Assembly (NCBI GenBank): GCA_951406725.2
Contig: CATOCA020000001.1
Span: 2,852,001-2,916,000 of the forward strand
Origin: Octopus vulgaris
Lineage: Eukaryota
Direction of reading: 5' to 3'
DNA length: 64,000 nt
The notes beneath the pieces were generated by a model that was given only the letters and a program-made list of their open reading frames with translations, was not told the origin of the DNA and ran no database searches. The position numbers were made by a program, and so were the translations under genes. Positions 26,655 through 64,000 of the stretch are shown here, one piece after another; positions within the stretch are counted from its first letter, which is position 1; every line of letters begins with the position of its first letter.

Positions 26655-28444
26655 GCCAGAAGATGAGGTCCAGAGATTTTCAGTGTAGAAGACACTTAGT
26701 AGTGCTCAAATGATCCAAACTTAGACTCATACCTTTACAGGGAATCAATTCCACAGGATTTTTAAAAATCATAACCTAGGTATCTCATTCGAAAATGACA
26801 CACACTGGAAACATCTTAAATCTATATCACCCTTTCTAGAAACCCTATCAATCATTACAATATATCTACATCCTATCAAATTACCCTAAACTTACTCCTA
26901 ATAGAATAGTCACAGATATTTTTATCAGAATCTCCAGCTTATCTACTAACAAAGATATTTTTAATAATCATGCCCCACACTATAACCAAGCTCAGCAGAT
27001 AAGTGGTTTCTGTAAAAGAACTCTTATATCTCCAACACTAAACTTAAGGCAAAAATTGCACATTTCTTTCCTAGAGCAGGTAGGAAGACCACAGAGTAGG
27101 TAGGAAAACCACAGAACAGGTAGGAAAACTTGCAATTATTAGGTGTTTCAATTCAGCCCTCTTGGAGGTTTCTGTCAATGCAAAAATGTAGTCTACAAGT
27201 GCAGAGTAATAATACTATGCTCCCACCAAGTAAGGGTCTATAACGACAGAATGTCAATTTCAAGCACTGCTACTGAGCACAAATGGACTCTTTCTCCAAT
27301 CCAAATTCTAAATATTCTACCACCTTAGCAACTTAAATACATAACCACAAATCCCAAAACTACTCTATCCCGATCCATCATAAGGAGGCTCCCTCGTTCA
27401 GCTCAAACCTTGGTATTTGTAAGGGATCACTAATCATCCTTTGCAACCACAATCCCTGATTACTTAATAGATTCTCAGATGTAATACTCTCTTGTAAACA
27501 CAGGTTCTACTCATCATTTACTCATTTTATTAAATCTATATAATCTCATAACAATGATTATCATTAATTATAATTAACCTTGGGGTACAACAAGGTTAGC
27601 GAAGCAATGCATCTTCTCCAGTAATACCATCCTTCTCATGATTACCTTTGAAAATTCTTCTTACCCACAACATACCACCTCCCTCACAAATTGTATTCTT
27701 TCCCCATTGTCTCAATTCTCACCTTCAATCAAGAGCACTTGCAACTACCACAATCAATTAGCTACTAAACAATCAACATCCACCCCTCTACCCAATTTCA
27801 TACACCTTTGCAAACCTCAGTACTCCCCCTCCACCACCAATCCACCTTCATTATAGTACTAACCACAGCTACCCTATCACCGACTAACTCCCCACTCTAT
27901 GCACCTCCCTTTATCTTCTCTCATATCTTTGTTCATACTTTAGTAATCTCCTTCTGTTGCCTAATTAGAGTCTTTCCCTCCCTCAAATAATTGTCATCCC
28001 TTTTCTCACTATCTCAACACTATACACAAACCCAATAATTGACTACCCTTCAATTACTACCCACTGCATCCCTCCCACTCATCTCTCAACTCTCCACATC
28101 GACTACCACTTCCTTAATACTTCCATTCTTAAGCCGCCACTCTCTTTCTGAACTAGTTTATTTATCTCCTCTCACCATTCTGTCTTAACACTCACCATAA
28201 CTCCATCCTACCTCCTTCCTCTAATACTGCTTGCTCTCCACATTTAATCTGTCCACCTTTGCACTTCTTGATGGCAGCTCAATTTATCCAATTCTGATTG
28301 CCTTCTATTATGGTCTACATACTGTGATGAATACATCTACCAACATTCTCCCAGAAACAGCTGTTAGACTTATATCCTCCCCTTTAATTTTCTCTGTCAT
28401 TTGCACTCTGTAAGTTGGATCTACTCCTTTTCTCCTTCACTCAA

Positions 28445-28476
<32 letters not shown>

Positions 28477-28490
28477 AAATATATATATAT

Positions 28491-29220
28491 ATCATCATCA
28501 TCATCGTTTAACGTCCGCTTTCCATGCTAGCATGGGTTGGACGGTTCAACTGGGGTCTGGGAAGCCCGAAGGCTGCACCAGGCCAGTCAGATGTGGCAGT
28601 GTTTCTACAGCTGGATGCCCTTCCTAACGCCAACCACTCCGAGAGTGTAGTGGGTGATTTTATGTGCCACCGACACAGGTGCCAGACGAGGCTGGCAGAC
28701 GGCCACGCTCGGATGGTGTTTTTATGTGCCACCGACACAGGTGCCAGACGAGGCTGGCAGACGGCCACGCTCGGATGGTGTTTTCTTATGTGTCACCGAC
28801 ACAGGTGCCAGACGAGGCTGGCGGACGGCCATGCTCGGATGGTGTTTGTATATCATCATCATCATCATCATCATCATCGTTTAACGTCCGCTTTCCATGC
28901 TAGCATGGGTTGGACGGTTCAACTGGGGTCTGGGAAGCCCGAAGGCTGCACCAGGCCAGTCAGATGTGGCAGTGTTTCTACAGCTGGATGCCCTTCCTAA
29001 CGCCAACCACTCCGAGAGTGTAGTGGGTGATTTTATGTGCCACCGACACAGGTGCCAGACGAGGCTGGCAGACGGCCACGCTCGGATGGTGTTTTTTATG
29101 TGCCACCGACACAGGTGCCAGACGAGGCTGGCAGACGGCCACGCTCGGATGGTGTTTTCTTATGTGTCACCGACACAGGTGCCAGACGAGGCTGGCGGAC
29201 GGCCACGCTCGGATGGTGTT

Positions 29221-29223
<3 letters not shown>
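28491..29223 (-). mobile_element. Head-to-tail dimer of an RTE 3'UTR fragment (~373-bp period)
   Basis: Two near-identical units, each starting (cat)n-cgtttaacgtccgctttccatgc. Confidence 0.85.
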
Positions 29224-29266
<43 letters not shown>

Positions 29267-30289
29267 CATGGATATATAGTTATGTCATCACTTCATCATT
29301 TAAAGTCTGTTTTCAATGCTTACATGCTTTGTTAGAAGCTGGTAAGCTAGAAGACTGTGCCAAGTTCAACTGTCTGTTCTGGCATGGCTTCTACAGCTGG
29401 ATGCTTTTCTTAATGCTCACCACTTTACACACTGTACTAGGTGCCTTTTATGTGACAGCAGCCCTGGTGAAATCACAAAGTATTTTACAAGACAAAAACC
29501 CTCAACAGAGGAGGGAGTAGTATTGAGGGAGGTAGTTTTGTGCCATGTGTGTATCTAATGGGAGACCACAAGAAGTTACATTATTAACCATGCATAGTTA
29601 GGAATCCACAGTTGGGTATGTCACAGAATATATACACATGACAAAACAAGAAAGTTTGTGTATAAACTATTTAATTCGTACCAGCTTACACATGTTTCAT
29701 AAACAAACAAAAACTATACAACTAAATTCTTTTTGGTATTGCTTCCAATTCTTTACATTCTGAGTTCTAATCCCACTGAAGTCAACTTGACTCATCCCCT
29801 CAATCCAAAAATTGTTGCATTTGTGCAAAATTTGATAGACATTATAACAACAACAACAACAACAACAATAATAATAATTATTATTAAGGTAGTGAGGTGA
29901 CAAAAATCATTAGTATGCTAGACAAAATGCTTTGCAGCATTTTCTTCATCTTTATGTTGTGTTAAAATTCTGTGAAGATTGACTGCCTTTGATCCTTAGA
30001 GGGAGGGGAGAAGGCTTGATAAAATAAGTATTAGTTGAACCCTGGGGTCGATATAATTGATTTATCCTCCCCCTAAATATTGCTGGCCTTATGTTTAAAT
30101 TTGAGACATTTAACCTTATTATTATAAGGGCATGAGCTGGCAGGATCATTGCTGTGTTGGACAAGAAGCTTTGTGGTATTTCTTCTGGCTCTACATTCTG
30201 AATTCAAATACCACTGAACTCAGCTTTGCCTTTCATCTTTTTGTTGTTTACACACCCATCTTCGTCTTTTGTTTTTTGTAAATTCTCAC

Positions 30290-30325
<36 letters not shown>

Positions 30326-31373
30326 CGTGCGTGCATCTGTGTGTTTGTGTGTGTGTGCGTCTGTGTGTGTGTGTATGTGCGTGTGAATGAAGGCTACCAT
30401 TAGTTTCATTAAAAGAAAGTAGGAAAATATCCTACTGTCTTAACGAATCGTCAAGTCAATCAGGCGAATACCTTTAACATGAAACCAAACCAATGGTAGC
30501 CTTAACTCACAACTAAAGAAGTTATATATCCACCAATCTGGTGTTGAGCGCTCATTTTACCGGTCTACATTTATGCATATACGTATAAATATATATATAT
30601 ATACTTTATAATTAGGGTTCAGCAAAGATTTGCTTCACATACCGAAGTTTAAAAATAGCAGTAAAAAAATTCAAAATACGAATGAGAGTTCATCACCTTC
30701 CCCTGCCCATTAGCGTGTCGCCAAGTAAGATGCTTCAGGGAGAAACTGTAGTTTGTTATCAGGGAGAAAAATTCCATTATCAATAATAACAAAGGGTAAA
30801 ATTAATTAATTAAGAAGTAATCAGTAATTTTACCAAGCAGAATTCGGCATGAAAAATACCATTTCATTGTAAGCTTAATTAATACTTTAAAATTAGGGTT
30901 CAGCAAAGATTTGCTCACCACATACCGAAATTTAGAAATAGCAGTCAAAAAATCTTAGCTATTCCTTCTACATTAAAACTGTAGTGATTTTTATTGGCGC
31001 AGATGGTTGTGAATGTATCCGGTATCGAAGTACGATAAGCTGGAAAAGGTAATTCTTTAGTTCACGGTTAGCAACTGTGGTTTGGATATGTATGTGTGTG
31101 ACTTTATATATGAATATATATATATTCACTCACCCTCTCTCTCTTCTTCCCTCTCTCTCTCTCTCATCCTCTCTCTCGTTCTCTGTGTATATTCATACAC
31201 ACCCGCACTCATCTACTAAGGAAAGTTTGAAATTATCTTCATTTACTAAAACTTTCTGTGGTTGGACTGCCTTATGCGCTCGTGTGCTAAACAAAAGGTT
31301 GTACTCATGTAGTTACCTAACTGAGGGCTGACTTTCATCGCTCCAGTTTTCTTTCTTGTGTTGCAGAGTAAAC

Positions 31374-32379
31374 ATGGCTTGCAGTGTGCCCAAAGAAAAC
31401 TCAGAGATCAGTGACTGAATTTCCAAGACCGAAGGTGTTCCAGGGGCTGAAATTCATTGTAGGCCTTCAGCACAATACTAGGACAGCACTCTGGCCGCGT
31501 AGAAGTGACTTTGAGCGGATGGATAAGCTTTAAAACGGTTGGGCAAACGTGAAGCAGGAAGAGGGAGCAGGGTGCCCATCATCCTCCACCACTGACGTGA
31601 AGAATTTACAAACTTGCGTAATGGAGCCGTGTAAACCGTCGAGTGATCACCGACGGCGTGGTATGTTTTCTGCAAATTAGTCAGGGTTCTGCATACTAAA
31701 TCATCCACGACAAGCTTCCCTTTCTGAAAGTCTGTGCGAGATGGGTACCAAGAGAACTTATCAAAGCTCATAAATGCAATTCTGTGGAGATCTATCAATG
31801 CTTACGTGACTACTACAACGATGAAACCGAAGAGTTGTTTGGAGAAAATGGTCACAGGAGATGATACCCGGATATATCACTTTGAACCACAATCCAAACG
31901 GTAGAGTATGGAGAGAAATACCCGGAATCGCAAGCGAAAAGGAAATTCAAAACTCAACCTTCCGCCGAATAAAGGGTACACAGAATGGCTTATACCTAAA
32001 TATTACCCGGAAAAGTAGTTTATAGTGACAAGTTTAAGCTATTGTGAAATGCTGGCCAACAAAGTGTAACTAGAAATTTGCCCTAAACGCCGAGGTTTGT
32101 TGTCAAGGCAAGTGTTGAGGCCAATGAAAACTTTGGATTCGAGTTGCTGGAACCACCTGAATACCATGCACATCTCGGCCCTTCCGATAACCATCTCGTC
32201 GGACCGCTCAGTCTTCCTTTACGAGGTCATACATTTGTTATGGATTAAGAAGTCCAAGAGGCCGCGAAGAAATGGCTGTGCAGCCAATCGAAAACCTTCT
32301 TCTCCGACGGAATAAACAAGCTTGCAGAACACACTGGAGGAGGTGCATCGAATAACATGGAGTCTATGTGGGAAAATGA
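31374..32379 (+). mobile_element. Decayed mariner transposase
   Basis: EGVPGAEIH, VTGDDTRIYHFEPQSKR, GINKLAE..WRRCIE..GVYV motifs across frameshifts. Confidence 0.82.
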
Positions 32380-32759
32380 TGTAATTGTCTAACACCCTGA
32401 TTTTGTTTTAATACATTAGAGAAACAAAAGTGTGTGTAATATATTTATATGTATGTATATGTATGTGTCCATTTATATAAACACACACGCGCGCGCGTAT
32501 ATATTTATATATGTATACACAATGCACACACGCAGAGAATACAGCTATTGTTGCTGCCGTTGATGACGACGACGATTATGATGATGATAAGGAGGGGGAG
32601 GATAATGGCGATGACAACAGCGGTGTTGATATTTTTTGATGACGTCTATCGTAAAAGTGCTTGTGTTGTTGGGACTGTTGCCTGTGATTATCCCCATCAT
32701 GACAATATTGGCGATGCTTTTGATGGTACAATGGATAAAAAAAGACAAATCGCACTCAC

Positions 32760-62396
<29,637 letters not shown>

Positions 62397-62573
62397 CTGC
62401 AATGGAAAATTTAACATGAAATTTAAGGGAATTACAGTTGCTCTGAGCTGAAATATTAGATGCAAAAGTGATGGCGGTGTTGGTAGTGGTATTGGTGTTG
62501 GTTGTGGTGGTGGTGGTGGTGGTGGTGGTGGTGGTTGTGATAGTGGTGGTGTTGTGATGTTGGTATTGTTGAT

Positions 62574-62634
<61 letters not shown>

Positions 62635-64000
62635 AAATAGCAGTAGCAGCAGCAGTTGCTGTTGTAAATAAATAGTTTGGACGTGCTGGCTGATTTGAGA
62701 ACCATGTGCCATGAAGTGTTAGAAACACATATGGAGAGCGATATTCTCTTACGCTATCAAAAATATTAAAAATATCGGACATTTTCGAAATATTATCCCC
62801 CTTGAGGCAAGCCAGGCATGACTTTAACACCGATCTATTAATGATTTCGCTCGAAAGTGGTTCACCATGAACTTTCCATGATATAATAGGAAAGAAATAC
62901 TTTCCGACTGAGATATGTGCAAATTATGGACATGTATAACAGCGACATACAAGAAGTCGTTCAAAGAGGTAGATGCTGATTAAAGAAGGTTGAAATGAGT
63001 TTGATTTTCTGGATAAGAAATGCTTAATTTGGGAAAAAATTTGAGCTGGTCATTTATGAGAATGTAACTGAGAATCAAAAGTCTTGGTCAATATCACCAG
63101 AAATAACAATTTGTAAAGACTTTTATATTTATATATGACCCATGATACTGATACAGACTCGAATCGCAACTCGCAATTCAAACGTCAACATACTGCCTAC
63201 CCCTCTATTATCTCCCTTTTCACTACAATACCAGGAATCCTTCGGAAAATTCCAAGGACCGCGACAGATAGAATTAGCACTAGGCTTTCAAAGAATAACT
63301 CCTGGGATCGATTTCTTCGACTAACACTCTTCAAGGTGGTGCTCCAGCGTGGCCACAGTGAAGTGCCTGTAACAAGTAAAAATGCGTCTGTCAGACCTAA
63401 ACGCACAATGTAATAGCACGCCTTTCATGCAAGTCTGAGGAAGTTCCTCTCCAATGCCTAAAACCGCAAATATTGCGTAATTTTGCTTTTAGAAGTTTAG
63501 AACTGGCGATGCAAATGGAAATGTTACGGAAACATTTGTAACTTATAATTAAAGACTATTACAGGCTTTTCTTTCTATTCTTGTTTTCATTGGATTCCGA
63601 TGGACTCTCAGGTCGTTAGACGACGTATGACGGTTCGACAATTTCTTACCGAACAACGGGAGCCACACGTCAGATGTCGAAATGACCGTAGAGCAAGGTG
63701 AAATGAAATGCGTTGCTCAAGAACACAACGCCCAAGAACAATCGATCTGAGAATCGATACCACGATCTCACAATCGTGAGTGCAACACCCTAACCACTAA
63801 GCCATGCGCCTTCATTGGATTATATATATACATACTTTGTTCCTCTTGTATATCTCTTAGACATTGGTTAAAGCGTATAAGCTGTGTGTGTATCTATCGA
63901 TCCTAATTCAAAAATTAACATGATCACTTCAAACAAAATGAAATTCTGCTGAGGAAAATTATTTGCAGCATTAAATAATTTTCTTGTTTGAATTAAAGCA

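Noticed and set aside
26731-26778. 43-nt AG...GTATGA-bounded segment on the minus strand between the GPCR and the micro-exons
   Set aside because: Poor pyrimidine tract, asymmetric length and an in-frame TAA in phase 1
32545-32759. Read-through C-terminus SECDLSFF...HHHNRRRHQRQQQ
   Set aside because: Begins at a consensus GTGAGT donor and runs into trinucleotide low-complexity DNA, so it is more likely intron; not excluded as a retained-intron isoform

Overview
AT-rich, microsatellite- and TE-dense eukaryotic DNA. The SINE/RTE families and (TA)n, (TATG)n, (AAT)n content look like an octopus genome (inference). One protein-coding gene is clear: a minus-strand adhesion GPCR (ADGRG-like: GAIN, GPS, 7TM) with 10 exons from 62396 to 32760, its 5' end lying outside the window. 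The GPS is non-canonical (CSCDRL|KSFAVLM), and two 1-nt frame slips sit in or next to A5 runs. The last 7TM exon has a strong phase-1 donor (AAA|GTGAGT). Downstream on the same strand is a chain of phase 1-1 micro-exons of 42 or 60 nt, each carrying one or two tyrosine motifs (YATI, YAEA/YLEL, ISYVNV, YVNA). The chain was doubled by a recent ~9-10 kb tandem duplication and is interleaved with decayed siblings. It is a candidate modular phosphotyrosine tail on a GPCR; the link to the GPCR is inferred, not shown. The second theme is Penelope-like element ends inside (TA)n tracts carrying minimal hammerhead ribozymes, including a 467-bp near-perfect palindrome with two inverted copies. Also present: a near full-length R4/Dong-like LINE, RTE and CR1-like fragments, Tc1 and mariner remnants, non-autonomous Helitrons and tRNA-derived SINEs. 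Most ORF-track entries are microsatellite or TE artefacts.
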